A program made the position numbers and the translations under genes. Below are positions 37,856 to 48,335 of a DNA stretch of 54,566 nt, in pieces. The notes under the pieces are model-generated. The model searched no databases. It worked only from the letters and a program-made list of their open reading frames with translations, and was not told where the DNA came from. Every line of letters starts with the position of its first letter. Position 1 is the first letter of the stretch. The stretch is from Candidatus Micrarchaeota archaeon (GTDB lineage: Archaea > Micrarchaeota > Micrarchaeia > Micrarchaeales > CABMGC01), in NCBI GenBank assembly GCA_021848025.1, contig JAJZND010000018.1, positions 1 through 54,566 on the forward strand, written 5' to 3'.

Positions 37856-37996
37856 CTAAATCACATTCCTGATGGGGATTTCTTCTTTTTATAGCTTGCG
37901 CACATCATGAGGGGGATTAAATAAGGCATGGCTTAATGGGAGATAGGGCATCTAAAGCATTCAGATGCAATAAGCCAGGCACAGGAATCGCATCTG

Positions 37997-39259
37997 CTAT
38001 ACTGCATGCTTATCCTCTTTATCCTGCGCTTGCCTCATAGATCCTTCCCTGGTAAACAGCTTGCCGTACATCACTCCGTTCAGTATCTGGAGTATGGCTC
38101 CTGCCACCAGAGGTGCAGGCAATGCCAAGTCCATAAGGTAACCGCTCAGCCCGCTGCTCGTTTGCGATAGGTTTCCAAAAAGACCCTGCATGCTTGTAGC
38201 AGTGCCGTAATCTTCGCCATGTATATTCATAACGCTCATTGCGCTTACCGATGAGGATCCGAATCCTGCCATAAACGACCTTGATGCAAAAACAATGGCG
38301 GCTAATGAAAGAAGCGGCAAGGCATCCGGTAGTTCCAGATAGTATTGCGCAGACAGTACGGCAGCCAGCAGGATCAGCAGCAGTCCAGAGGCTATTCTGA
38401 CGTACGAGGCTGTCCTGGCTGCATATATGCTCCTGCGCCTATTCGAAAGATAAGATCCTAACGCTGTAGCTATATAAGAGGGAATGTAAATGATGCCAAC
38501 GTAAAGCGCCGTTGTATCAGATGGAAGATGAAACGTTATGGCAAACATCAGAGGCAGCAGCGGCATAGCCATTCCAAGCCCTGCGCCGTTTATGATGTTG
38601 AGAGAGGAGATGCGCAGCATATGCCTGAAGCTTTCCGGCTTCATGATCCTTGTGGATTTATGCGGTCTCTCGCCTTCTCCTACGAAGAGTATGCTGGAAA
38701 ACGAGATCAAGAGCAGAAGCGCGGCAATCCCGAAGAGGATCCTGAAAGCTTCCTCTGCGCCTACGTATGCAAGCAGATATGACTGGCTCAGCAGCAATAT
38801 TGCACCAAACACGCTGGCTAACGAGGCTGCGATTATAAGAGTACCGAGCTTCTTGATCCTTAACTGCTTATCGCGGTAGTTGCTGGCAACAAGTGCCGTC
38901 ATACCTGGGGAGAATGCCCCTCTAAGCCCTCCTGCAAGTCCGCTTATCCCTGCCAGGATAACTGCAATGACAACCATGCTTATGCTTCCTGTAAGCGAAA
39001 GGATCAATGCACCGAGAAGAGGAGGCACCTCGCCTATAAGCAATGATTTCTTATACCCTACCCGGTCCCCGAGCATGCCTAAGCTGACCGAGAGAATGGC
39101 CGTAAACAACATGACCCCAACATACACCAGCCCTATGTGCACTATGCTTATTCCAAGCAGTGCCAGGTAAAGGGGCGTGCTGAGGGTCATGAAGATAAGC
39201 GCAACGCTCCTGAAGATCCTCGAATAAACGAGAAACCTGAATCCCATGTCATTGCTCAT
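37997..39259 (-). CDS. MFS transporter
   Basis: Motif A GMLGDRVGYK and about 12 TM helices. Confidence 0.9.
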   Translation of the reverse strand: MSNDMGFRFLVYSRIFRSVALIFMTLSTPLYLALLGISIVHIGLVYVGVMLFTAILSVSLGMLGDRVGYKKSLLIGEVPPLLGALILSLTGSISMVVIAVILAGISGLAGGLRGAFSPGMTALVASNYRDKQLRIKKLGTLIIAASLASVFGAILLLSQSYLLAYVGAEEAFRILFGIAALLLLISFSSILFVGEGERPHKSTRIMKPESFRHMLRISSLNIINGAGLGMAMPLLPLMFAITFHLPSDTTALYVGIIYIPSYIATALGSYLSNRRRSIYAARTASYVRIASGLLLILLAAVLSAQYYLELPDALPLLSLAAIVFASRSFMAGFGSSSVSAMSVMNIHGEDYGTATSMQGLFGNLSQTSSGLSGYLMDLALPAPLVAGAILQILNGVMYGKLFTREGSMRQAQDKEDKHAV

Positions 39260-39453
39260 GCAACCATCAACTCGGGCCCGTAAGCAGTGTCAAAAAGTCC
39301 AGCTAGCAAACAGGTGCCATCGCGCAGGAAGGCAAAACTAGGCCCTTTCTGAATTGAAATAGGCAATAACATATTTATACATTCTCCGGAAGGTATTGGT
39401 GCACCGCAGTTTTAGCTTTGCAGTGCGAGTGGAAGGAGCAAGCAGCTGCGACA

Positions 39454-40827
39454 TTACATCTTATTGGGATCCAGTATCTTTTCAAGCTTTTGCTTATCAA
39501 GTATTCCCATTTGTATGCATGCTTCTTTTACGCTTATATTATTTTTATATGCATATCTCGCAACCTTCGATGCCTTGGAATACCCTATATAAGGATTGAG
39601 TGCCGTTGCTATGGAAAGGTCCATGCTTAGCTCCTTTTCTATGAATGCTGAATTAGCCTTGACCCCTCGCACGCATTTTTCCACAAACATATTTATTGCA
39701 TTTGAGAGTATCCTGATCGAGTAGAGCAGGTCATATGCTACTACCGGCATGAAAACATTGAGTTCCATCTGCCCCGCTCTGGCAGCTTCCCTAACAACAC
39801 CTGCGTTGCCACTTACCTGGAAACAGACCATATTCAGCGCTTCGGCTATGCTTGGATTTATTTTACCTGGCATTATCGAAGAGCCAGGCTGGACAGCTGG
39901 CAGTATCAACTCATTCAGACCTGCTCTGGGCCCTGAGCCAAGCAGCCTGAAATCATTGGCGATCTTGGTCAATACAGCCGCAGAGTCTCCTAGAAAATCA
40001 GCGAGGTAAAGCTCTTCTATAAGTTGGGACATGTCAGTGAAGATGAATCGGGATTTCCTAAACTTCGCACCGGTAACCCTGAAGAGCTCCTTGTAAACAT
40101 GCGAAGTATACTCCTTTCCTGCATTTATTCCGGTGCCGAGCGCCGTCCCGCCCAAAGGCACTTCAAGGAGCAATCCTGACACATATCCTAAATGCTCTAT
40201 CAGTTTGGAGACTGCGCCTGCATAGCCTGAAAACTCACTACCCATGCTCATCGGAACAGCATCCTGAAGATGCGTCCTGCCTATTTTCTTTATCCTGCCA
40301 AATTCAACTGATTTCTTCGCAAACGCATTCTCGAGGGAAACGAGTGCTTTGCCCAGCATCTTCAACTCATCATGGCATGCAATGTGTATTGCTGTGTGAT
40401 AAGTATCGTTTGTCGATTGGGACATATTCACGTGGTCGTTAGGATGCATTATCCTGTAATCCCCTTTTCTCCCTTTCAGCAACTCTATCGATATGTTTGA
40501 TATGACCTCGTTTACATTCATGTTTGTGCTTGTGCCAGCCCCTGCTTGAAAAACATCGACAACAAACTGATCCAGATGCTTTCCGTTTATAAGTTGATCG
40601 CAGGCTTTTACTATCGCCCTGCATCTTCCCTTATCAAGCTTCCCTGCCTTCATGTTTGCGATTGCCGCAGCCTTCTTTAGCTTTACGTATGCGATTATGA
40701 ACTCCCTGTCTATCTTAAGACCTGAAATACGGAAATTGCCTGCAGCCCTGCAGGTTTCTGACCCGTAATATGCGTCTGCAGGTATTCTGACATTCCCCAA
40801 TACGTCTCTCTCCATCCTGTATCTCAT
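39454..40827 (-). CDS. fumC: Class II fumarate hydratase / aspartate ammonia-lyase family
   Basis: GTSTNMNVNE, HPNDHVN, GRTHLQDA and GSSIMPGKINP. Its position in the sdh operon favours fumarase. Confidence 0.85.
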   Translation of the reverse strand: MRYRMERDVLGNVRIPADAYYGSETCRAAGNFRISGLKIDREFIIAYVKLKKAAAIANMKAGKLDKGRCRAIVKACDQLINGKHLDQFVVDVFQAGAGTSTNMNVNEVISNISIELLKGRKGDYRIMHPNDHVNMSQSTNDTYHTAIHIACHDELKMLGKALVSLENAFAKKSVEFGRIKKIGRTHLQDAVPMSMGSEFSGYAGAVSKLIEHLGYVSGLLLEVPLGGTALGTGINAGKEYTSHVYKELFRVTGAKFRKSRFIFTDMSQLIEELYLADFLGDSAAVLTKIANDFRLLGSGPRAGLNELILPAVQPGSSIMPGKINPSIAEALNMVCFQVSGNAGVVREAARAGQMELNVFMPVVAYDLLYSIRILSNAINMFVEKCVRGVKANSAFIEKELSMDLSIATALNPYIGYSKASKVARYAYKNNISVKEACIQMGILDKQKLEKILDPNKM

Positions 40828-40828
40828 G

Positions 40829-41833
40829 CTAAGCGCCTTCCTTGAATTTGCCTGCCATTTTCGCTTTCATTATTTCTGATTTGAGCAACTGTATTGCTGA
40901 AGCCGGATCAACGCCTTTAGGGCACGCCTTTGAGCATGCTCCTGCAAATTCGCAACCCCATGCTCCAGAGAGCGAGTCAACCGCTTCCAGTCTCTCAGTT
41001 CCTTTCTGATCACGTTTGTCTGCATGGTATCGGTATACCTGCGCCAGAGCCTGTGGTCCCAGAAAATTCCCGTTAGAATTGGAGACGGGGCAGGCATCCT
41101 GGCACAGGCCACACATTATGCAATAGGAATAAGGAAGGAATTTCTCCATCTCTTCTCTATCCATGTCAAATACCTTTCTTGCCTTATATTTCTCATTTCT
41201 GTTTCTCCTGTACAAAGTGGAGTCAACTGATTTGTGCTCCTCAAAGAATTCGTCGAAGTTGGTTGCTAGGTCCTTGAGCAGCGGATGAGCCTGCATAGGT
41301 CCTATCTCCACTGCACCATCTTTAGAAGAATCAAGCGCATTTGTCTGGCATGCCAGCACAGGCTTGCCGTTTACCACCATGCCGCACGATCCGCACGTGC
41401 CCATCCTGCAGCTGTATCTGATTGAGAGCGTATTATCGTGTTTTGCCTTTGCCGTGAGCAATGCATCAAGTACGCTTGTAAATCTCGTTATCTTTACTTT
41501 ATAACTGAACCGTTCGAACTGGCCCTTGGCAGGGTTGAATTTCTTGACATTCAGATACACGCTCTTTCCAGAGTCAGTGCCTTCATGATATTGAGCTCCT
41601 TCAGCTTTCAACAAAAGGCTTGCAGCAGGCACTGATTCTTCATGGCCAAAAATTTCTATAAAGCTGAGTATCCCAAAAACGAAAAATGCAGGAACAAGCA
41701 GCGCTTCGGCTGCAAATGCTGCTGCACCGTTTCCAATAAGCCTAAATATTACATAAAGTATCATCAGCAGAGGTATTCCTGCTATGGATCCGTAAAGGAG
41801 GAAAATGTAGTTTGATGCATGCTCACTCTTCAT
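40829..41833 (-). CDS. sdhB: Succinate dehydrogenase/fumarate reductase Fe-S subunit with N-terminal membrane helices
   Basis: SCRMGTCGSC…C, CIMCGLCQDACP and CEFAGACSKACP. The first ~62 aa form two hydrophobic helices. Confidence 0.92.
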   Translation of the reverse strand: MKSEHASNYIFLLYGSIAGIPLLMILYVIFRLIGNGAAAFAAEALLVPAFFVFGILSFIEIFGHEESVPAASLLLKAEGAQYHEGTDSGKSVYLNVKKFNPAKGQFERFSYKVKITRFTSVLDALLTAKAKHDNTLSIRYSCRMGTCGSCGMVVNGKPVLACQTNALDSSKDGAVEIGPMQAHPLLKDLATNFDEFFEEHKSVDSTLYRRNRNEKYKARKVFDMDREEMEKFLPYSYCIMCGLCQDACPVSNSNGNFLGPQALAQVYRYHADKRDQKGTERLEAVDSLSGAWGCEFAGACSKACPKGVDPASAIQLLKSEIMKAKMAGKFKEGA

Positions 41834-42279
41834 ATGACCACCAGATAAACGAACGACGCAAAACCAAGCGCCCAGACAACCATTATCAGGTACGGCACTG
41901 CCCAGTATACCTTATATACAAACCTCTCTTTTACGTATGCGTCTAAGAATGATTCGTTAAGCCTTCCAAAGACAGCGCCTTTGCTTAATATGACTGAAAA
42001 GGCTTTCGAGGTTTCAAAAAGCTGCGGGGTAAAAAGCACCCACATTACTGCTATGGCTGCAAATGCGATTGTATCCATCGCGCCGATTCCTGTAAGCAGA
42101 CCTAGCGCAACCAAAAGGCCTGCTATAAACGAAGCGAAGACCGATATCCTATAGAAAGCCATGTGGATAAAAGCTTCATTGTCAAAAGCAAGTAGCCTTA
42201 ATATGTTCCTTTGCCTTCCTCTCAGATCAAATTTCTTTTCCATTGACCCACTTAATATTTCCTTTCCTGCGGCTTCCAT
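41830..42279 (-). CDS. Putative non-canonical SDH membrane anchor
   Basis: About 3 TM helices; lies between sdhA and sdhB and overlaps both. Confidence 0.65.
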   Translation of the reverse strand: MEAAGKEILSGSMEKKFDLRGRQRNILRLLAFDNEAFIHMAFYRISVFASFIAGLLVALGLLTGIGAMDTIAFAAIAVMWVLFTPQLFETSKAFSVILSKGAVFGRLNESFLDAYVKERFVYKVYWAVPYLIMVVWALGFASFVYLVVI

Positions 42280-43997
42280 CTGGTTATTCTGACCTGCGAA
42301 TAAGATAGCTGGGTACTGTCTCCTGACTTAAATGCAATCGTATGCTTTAGCCATTTCTTGTCATCTCTTTTCGTATATTCCAGCATCGCATGCGCACCTC
42401 TGCTCTCCTTCCTGTTTGCAGCGCACTGCGCGACTATATCCGCAAGGCAGATCATGTTGCCTAGCTCAAGTACATCCCTGAAATTGGTATTGTATATTCT
42501 GCCTTTATCCTCAACCCTCACGCTGTAAAATTGTTTCTTTATCTTTGCAAGCTGCGCTATCCCTTTCTTCATCTTGCCAGTGCTCCTGTAAACATAAAAA
42601 TAAGTGTCCATCACCCTGTTCAGCTGCTCCTTGAGCTCGTAAGGATTTACGTCACCGCTCTTTTCCAATATGCTCTTGAGCCGCCCTTCTTCATCCGAAA
42701 TTAACTGAGAGAGGATTTTTTCATCCGCAAATCTTTGCGTCTTGGCATATTTGGCAGCTTCCTCTCCGGCTATCCGTCCCCAGACTGCACATTCACTGAG
42801 AGAGTTGCTACCCAGCCTGTTTGCACCATGAACGCTCACGCATCCTGCTTCACCTGCCGCCCAGAGGCCTCTCATCGCCTTCTCTGCTCCATCGAGAACG
42901 CGGCCTTCATTATCCGAATTTATTCCTCCCATTGTGAAGTGCGCCGCCGGTCTTACTGGCAGAGGCTCCTTTCCGGGATCTACGCCAATAGTCTTCATTG
43001 CTATGTCTTTTACCATTGGCAGCCTTTCGTCCAGCTTTTTCGGATCAAGGTGGGTAAGGTCAAGCTGTACGTGCTCCATGTCTGACTCGCCATGCTTTAT
43101 GCCATTGCCCTTTTCTATTTCCGTTATTATTGCCCTGGATATTATGTCCCTGGGGGCAAGCTCCATCTTGGCCTTCGCGTAGTCCTCCATGAATCGCCTC
43201 CCTTTGGCATTCCTTAGATAACCGCCTTCCCCTCTCGCAGCCTCTGTTATGAGTATGCCGTTTGGCACTAAGCCGGTGGGATGGAACTGAACAAACTCCA
43301 TATCCTTCAGCGAAGCTCCTGCATTGTACGCAAGCGCGGTTCCATCCCCTGTGCTCGAATGGGCAGTGGTAGTAAATCCATATATCCTCGCAAAGCCTCC
43401 TGTTGCAATAATGCACGCCTTCGCTTCGAATATTTTTTCACTCCCGTCAGCAAGGTTTATTGCATACGCTCCGGCAAACTCCTTATTCTTCATTAGCAGC
43501 GTGGTCACAAAATGCTCATGAAAAATATCTACGTTGCCGAGGCTTTTTGTTTCATCGTATAGTGCGCGCATCATGAAGAAGCCGGTTTCATCAGCAGCGA
43601 AGACCGTACGAGGTATGGTCATGCCGCCAAAAGGCCGCTGCATGACTATCCCTTTCTCATCCCTATTCCAAGGGACGCCGATGTGGTCAAAGAATGCTAT
43701 CTCCTGCGGTGCATTCTTTACAAGTATCTCGACAGAGTCCTGATCCGCGAGATAATCCGAGCCTTTAATTGTATCGTAAGCATGCAGGTCGTATGAATCA
43801 TTCCTTTCCTTTCCGTAGAGAACTGCAGAAACTCCGCCTTCAGCAGAAACGGAGTGGCTTCTCATGGCATGAAGCTTCGATATTACTGCAATCTTGAGAT
43901 CCTTTGATGCCTGTGATGCATGTATTGCAGCCTTAAAACCCGCTATTCCGCTCCCAATTATAATTATGTCATACTTCAGCAGCTCCATCCTATTCAT
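42252..43997 (-). CDS. sdhA: Succinate dehydrogenase/fumarate reductase flavoprotein
   Basis: GSGIAG, covalent-FAD motif SHSVSAEGG, QFHPT, LAPRD, HFTMGG, HGANRLGSNSL and RKESRGAH. Confidence 0.97.
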   Translation of the reverse strand: MNRMELLKYDIIIIGSGIAGFKAAIHASQASKDLKIAVISKLHAMRSHSVSAEGGVSAVLYGKERNDSYDLHAYDTIKGSDYLADQDSVEILVKNAPQEIAFFDHIGVPWNRDEKGIVMQRPFGGMTIPRTVFAADETGFFMMRALYDETKSLGNVDIFHEHFVTTLLMKNKEFAGAYAINLADGSEKIFEAKACIIATGGFARIYGFTTTAHSSTGDGTALAYNAGASLKDMEFVQFHPTGLVPNGILITEAARGEGGYLRNAKGRRFMEDYAKAKMELAPRDIISRAIITEIEKGNGIKHGESDMEHVQLDLTHLDPKKLDERLPMVKDIAMKTIGVDPGKEPLPVRPAAHFTMGGINSDNEGRVLDGAEKAMRGLWAAGEAGCVSVHGANRLGSNSLSECAVWGRIAGEEAAKYAKTQRFADEKILSQLISDEEGRLKSILEKSGDVNPYELKEQLNRVMDTYFYVYRSTGKMKKGIAQLAKIKKQFYSVRVEDKGRIYNTNFRDVLELGNMICLADIVAQCAANRKESRGAHAMLEYTKRDDKKWLKHTIAFKSGDSTQLSYSQVRITRWKPQERKY

Positions 43998-44107
43998 TTT
44001 AAGTGAGATGCCAAAGCATAAAAAGATAATCCCAAATATGCATAAACTCTTCCTGCCAAGATTTAATAATATTTATGTTCTACTCTTCAGTGTTTACCGG
44101 TTTTGAG

Positions 44108-45406
44108 ATGGAAAGCGAAGATTTCAGGAAGCTAGAAGACAATGTTTTCGATGCACTCTTTGGCAAATTGGGCGGTCCGATTGAAAAAACCGAGATACCT
44201 GGTTACATAGAGGAGGTGGCCAAATCGATAAACCCTGCACTTTCAAAAGAAGACATAAGCAGGATAGTAAAAGATGCGAAAGAATTTGCACCGATAGACA
44301 AGTACCTCGAGGATGAACAGGTCGAGGATATAATGATTAACAATACACGGAATATTTTCATATACCACTCGCGAGTGGGTGATGAAAAGGTAGCAGAGAG
44401 GATATCCAACAAGCACGAACTGGAAACTTTCATAAAGAAGTTAAAAATGTACACAACTACAACTACAGCCAACAAAAATATACTGGACGTACACCTGCCA
44501 AATGGCTCAAGGGCAAACATCATAGAATCTCCTCTGGGAGCAGATGTTACGATAAGAAATTTCAAGAAAACTGCAATGAGCATAATAGATCTGATAAACC
44601 TGGGCGAGCTCAGCTACAATATGGCCGGCAGGCTCTGGCTTTATGCTGAGGGGCTGAAGGTCAGACCTGCAAATCTTCTTATAGGCGGAATGCCTGCCAG
44701 CGGGAAGACCACAATGCTGAATTCCATGTTCAGTTTCTTCAGGCCAGAGCAACGGGTCATAGTGATAGAAGAGACCTATGAGCTTAACACTGAAACCCAG
44801 GAGAACTGCGTCAGGCTTGAAACCAGTCTTGATGTTGGAATAGGGGATCTGGTAAAGAATGCTCTGAGAATGAGGCCGGACATACTGATAATAGGCGAAA
44901 TAAGAGGCGAGGAAGCCAAGGATATGATGACGGCCATGAACATAGGTAAGATCTCTATGGGAACAATACACGCGAGTACTACCCGGGACGTTGTGACCAG
45001 GCTTGAACACGCTCCGATGAATATAGAAAAGGACATAATACCGCTGATAGATGCAATGATAATGATTTCACATGTGCAGGAGAATGGCAAGAACTTAAGG
45101 AAGGTAACGCAGATATCGGAGATATCAGGAATAGAGACACAGGTTTTACTCTCGGATCTCTATTCGTACGATTACAAGACACACAAAGGCTCCGATATAC
45201 TTCCTAGCATAACGTACAGGGACCTTCTGGCTAAGCTTACCGGTACGCCGCCCATAGAGATAATAGCAGAGGAGCAGCGGCGCGGAAGAATACTCGAGCA
45301 ATTGAATAAGCAAGGCCTTCGCGATCTACAAAGCATAAATGAATATTGCAAAGAGTATTATGACAATCCTGAGAGGGCGATTAGGAAGATAGGCCTAAAG
45401 TATTGA
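44108..45406 (+). CDS. Type II/IV secretion or pilus ATPase (VirB11/CpaF/FlaI family)
   Basis: EDIMIN, TIRNF, Walker A GMPASGKTT, IEETYEL, ALRMRPDILIIGEIRG and GTIHA. ATG at 44108. Confidence 0.93.
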   Translation: MESEDFRKLEDNVFDALFGKLGGPIEKTEIPGYIEEVAKSINPALSKEDISRIVKDAKEFAPIDKYLEDEQVEDIMINNTRNIFIYHSRVGDEKVAERISNKHELETFIKKLKMYTTTTTANKNILDVHLPNGSRANIIESPLGADVTIRNFKKTAMSIIDLINLGELSYNMAGRLWLYAEGLKVRPANLLIGGMPASGKTTMLNSMFSFFRPEQRVIVIEETYELNTETQENCVRLETSLDVGIGDLVKNALRMRPDILIIGEIRGEEAKDMMTAMNIGKISMGTIHASTTRDVVTRLEHAPMNIEKDIIPLIDAMIMISHVQENGKNLRKVTQISEISGIETQVLLSDLYSYDYKTHKGSDILPSITYRDLLAKLTGTPPIEIIAEEQRRGRILEQLNKQGLRDLQSINEYCKEYYDNPERAIRKIGLKY

Positions 45407-45952
45407 ATACCGCGTTTTTTCTAGATGCCTTTTAAGCTTCCTTAGTGCCGCAGACCTCGGGCTTATTCTGTTTTTTACTTCCTTTCCCAGCTGCGCAAAA
45501 GTTTTGCTGTATCCTTCAGGTATGAAGATGAAGTCGAAGCCGAAGCCCTCTCTTCCTGCTGGCTTTTTTGCCACCCTTCCCTTCAAGGACGCAGAGAAAG
45601 CCTTCATTCTTTTACCATCGTAAAAGGCCACTGCTACGCTAGCTACCATGCGTGCATTCCCGAGTCTGTCCGCTGTTTTTGCTATCCCTGCGGTCCCTGC
45701 AGTGGCTAGCATCCATTTTACAAACGGGCCTGGAAATCCGTGCATGCACTCAAGATAAGCGGCTGTATCCTCGACAAAGAGAGGTTTTCCAACAATCTTA
45801 TATGCTTCAAGCGCTTTGCTCTTCGCTACTTTTTCGATATCCATCGACTGTATCTCTTCCAGATCCAAGTCATATGTTTCAAGACCATCGCCAAACACGC
45901 TCTTTGCCTCAAGTATCTTGTCTTTGTTGGAGGTTACAAAATAGACCTTCAA
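45395..45952 (-). CDS. rdgB: Non-canonical purine NTP pyrophosphatase (RdgB/HAM1/ITPase)
   Basis: VTSNKDK, VEDT, GFPGPFVK, GFGFDFIF and KNRISPR. Confidence 0.92.
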   Translation of the reverse strand: MKVYFVTSNKDKILEAKSVFGDGLETYDLDLEEIQSMDIEKVAKSKALEAYKIVGKPLFVEDTAAYLECMHGFPGPFVKWMLATAGTAGIAKTADRLGNARMVASVAVAFYDGKRMKAFSASLKGRVAKKPAGREGFGFDFIFIPEGYSKTFAQLGKEVKNRISPRSAALRKLKRHLEKTRYSIL

Positions 45953-45993
45953 GGAAGCACCAGATTATTAAAAAATTGCTTCTATATAATTTT

Positions 45994-46857
45994 ATGGGTA
46001 TCTCTGCAAGGGATTTCATAGAACGGGAGATGGCAGGCAGATGGATTGCGGGGCCTTCGCTGAAGGATGCGATAGAGAGGGCCAGGCAGATCGAATCCAA
46101 GAGAATGGAGCCTATGATAAATTATCTTGGAGAAGCTTTCGGCAGCAACGATAGGAAAAAAGTGGGGGAAGCAGTCAGGACATACGAGGAACTTATCTCT
46201 CTTATGGCTAAAAACAGGATAAAGGGCTCGATAGCGGTAAAGCCTACTCAGCTTGGCCTGCTGATAAGCTACGGGCTGCTTGAAAGGAATTATTCGGAGA
46301 TAGTAAAGGAGGCGGAGAAAAGGGGCATATTTGTCTGGCTTGACATGGAAGAGAGCAAATATGTGGATGACACGATAAAGCTTTACAAGACGCATGTAAA
46401 GAGCCGCACTACTGGCATCTGCATACAGTCATATCTGAAAAGAAGTGAAAATGATATTAAAGCCCTTTCAGGATATAATGCAGTGGTAAGGCTTGTTAAA
46501 GGGGCATACAAGCCGGAGCCAGAAACCGGCTTTACCTCCAGGGCAGAGGTTACTGAAAACTACGCAAGGCTGATGCGGATGCTCTTCGAGACATATAAAA
46601 AGTTTACTATTGCAACCCACGATACCGGGATGATAACTGAGGCAATGAAGCTTGAGAAAAGGTACAAAAAAGACGTCTCTTTCGCAATGCTGAACGGTAT
46701 AAGAAATGGATATGCAGAATCTCTTGCCAGTAAAGGTTACAATATTTTCATCTATCTCCCATTCGGGAGGGAATGGGTGTCATACGCGTACAGGCGGCTC
46801 AGGGAGGCGAGCAATTTCTTGCTCCTTGTCAGGTCGATCTTAAGCCAGAACGCGTAA
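45994..46857 (+). CDS. Proline dehydrogenase (monofunctional)
   Basis: LGE, VKPTQLG, WLDME, QSYLKR, RLVKGAY, IATHD and YAYRRLRE. True start is probably ATG 45994. Confidence 0.92.
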   Translation: MGISARDFIEREMAGRWIAGPSLKDAIERARQIESKRMEPMINYLGEAFGSNDRKKVGEAVRTYEELISLMAKNRIKGSIAVKPTQLGLLISYGLLERNYSEIVKEAEKRGIFVWLDMEESKYVDDTIKLYKTHVKSRTTGICIQSYLKRSENDIKALSGYNAVVRLVKGAYKPEPETGFTSRAEVTENYARLMRMLFETYKKFTIATHDTGMITEAMKLEKRYKKDVSFAMLNGIRNGYAESLASKGYNIFIYLPFGREWVSYAYRRLREASNFLLLVRSILSQNA

Positions 46858-46931
46858 GCATTCGCGGAACAGGCTGCACTCATGTATTTATTGGCATTCT
46901 GCATAATTAATTCAATTTATCGGTTATTTGG

Positions 46932-47669
46932 ATGGATTACGACAGGGATTTTAGCAAGATGATGCTAGATACGGAATATGGAAAGGCAGCATATTTAGCG
47001 CACAGAGCCGGACCTAAAAGCCTTATATTGTTGCACGGGCTTGCTGCAAGTTCAAGAAGCTGGCACAGGCTGGTAGGTTTCCTAGATCCTGATTTAAGTG
47101 TCTATATGCTTGACATGCTTGGCCATGGCAATTCAGATGCACCAAGAATAAACTATACCGTTGACATACATATAAAGGTGCTAGAGACGCTGGCTGAGAA
47201 GGAGAAGGTAAGCAAGCCTTTTCTTTTTGGGCATTCATACGGCGGTTGGGTCTGCGCCTTATATGCGGTCAGGGGGCATCCTCTCAGCGGCCTGATCCTC
47301 GAGGATTCAGCAGGCCTTGAGAACTTTTTCTCCGAGACGAGAGGCACAAGGGACCGCGAAGCTTACAAGGCAGATATACTCTCAAGGGCAAAGCTTCTCA
47401 CTACTCACACCTATGTAATAAAAAGCATGCTCGATGATGAATTTTCAGAGCACCAGCTGAGCGCAGATGATCTCCGTAAGATAACTGCGCCTACCCTGAT
47501 AATATGGGGCAGCGATGATTCAATAATAAAACCGAAGTTTGCTGATCTCTTCGCATCGCACATAAATGGAAGCAGGCTCAGGCTTATAAATGGCGCAAGG
47601 CACACGCCGCATTTCACCAATCCAAAGGAAGTATCTGAAATGGTAAATGGATTCATAAGGACGCATTAG
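46932..47669 (+). CDS. Alpha/beta hydrolase
   Basis: LHGL, DMLGHG, nucleophile elbow GHSYGG, WGSDD and the catalytic His in ARHTPH. Confidence 0.92.
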   Translation: MDYDRDFSKMMLDTEYGKAAYLAHRAGPKSLILLHGLAASSRSWHRLVGFLDPDLSVYMLDMLGHGNSDAPRINYTVDIHIKVLETLAEKEKVSKPFLFGHSYGGWVCALYAVRGHPLSGLILEDSAGLENFFSETRGTRDREAYKADILSRAKLLTTHTYVIKSMLDDEFSEHQLSADDLRKITAPTLIIWGSDDSIIKPKFADLFASHINGSRLRLINGARHTPHFTNPKEVSEMVNGFIRTH

Positions 47670-47745
47670 CCCGTACATGCGATACCCTGCTTGTTGTCCG
47701 AGCCAAAGCTTAAATAATCTAATGTGCAAAAGGTTATCTGATTAC

Positions 47746-48327
47746 ATGAAAACAGCTGGAATCATAGGGATAGTTGTAATAATAGTCATAATAATCGCAG
47801 CAGGCGCATACATCCTTGCTGGCCATGGCAAAACAGCGGCTCCAGCAACTTCTACTGCAAAGACTACATCAAGCACCGCCACTACGACAGCATCAAGCGG
47901 CTATGCATCCAATAGCACCAGCACAAGCAGCGGAGCAGTCAAATATGGCTTCACAGAGGAATACAATTCAAAGGTCGGCAATTATCTTGCAAATTCAACA
48001 GGCTGGTCTCTTTACATACTCACGGCAGATACGCCATACAGCGGTAACAGCACATGCTATGGCACATGCGCAACATACTGGCCGCCATACATTGTTACTG
48101 GCAACCTTACCTTCTCTACCCTTCCAAGCAGCGTCAATGCATCTGCATTCGGCACAATAACAAGAACGGGGGGCAGCAAACAGCTCACTTATGATGGACG
48201 TCCGCTCTATTACTTCAGCGGTGACAAAGCAGCAGGTCAGATAAACGGGGAAGGTCTCAGTGCATTCGGAGGCACTTGGTATGTAGTCACGCTTCCCAAA
48301 TTCAGCATACCTAACTCCACCTCCTAA
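47746..48327 (+). CDS. Membrane-anchored secreted protein with COG4315/Lipoprotein_15 repeats
   Basis: N-terminal TM, Thr/Ser linker, GWSLY…CYGTCATYWPP and QLTYDGRPLYYF…G…W. Confidence 0.85.
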   Translation: MKTAGIIGIVVIIVIIIAAGAYILAGHGKTAAPATSTAKTTSSTATTTASSGYASNSTSTSSGAVKYGFTEEYNSKVGNYLANSTGWSLYILTADTPYSGNSTCYGTCATYWPPYIVTGNLTFSTLPSSVNASAFGTITRTGGSKQLTYDGRPLYYFSGDKAAGQINGEGLSAFGGTWYVVTLPKFSIPNSTS

Positions 48328-48335
48328 AGCCTCTG

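Noticed and set aside
45652-45993. 114-aa N-terminal extension of proline dehydrogenase
   Set aside because: It overlaps the ITPase gene on the opposite strand. Homology begins at ATG 45994, after an AT-rich promoter-like stretch.
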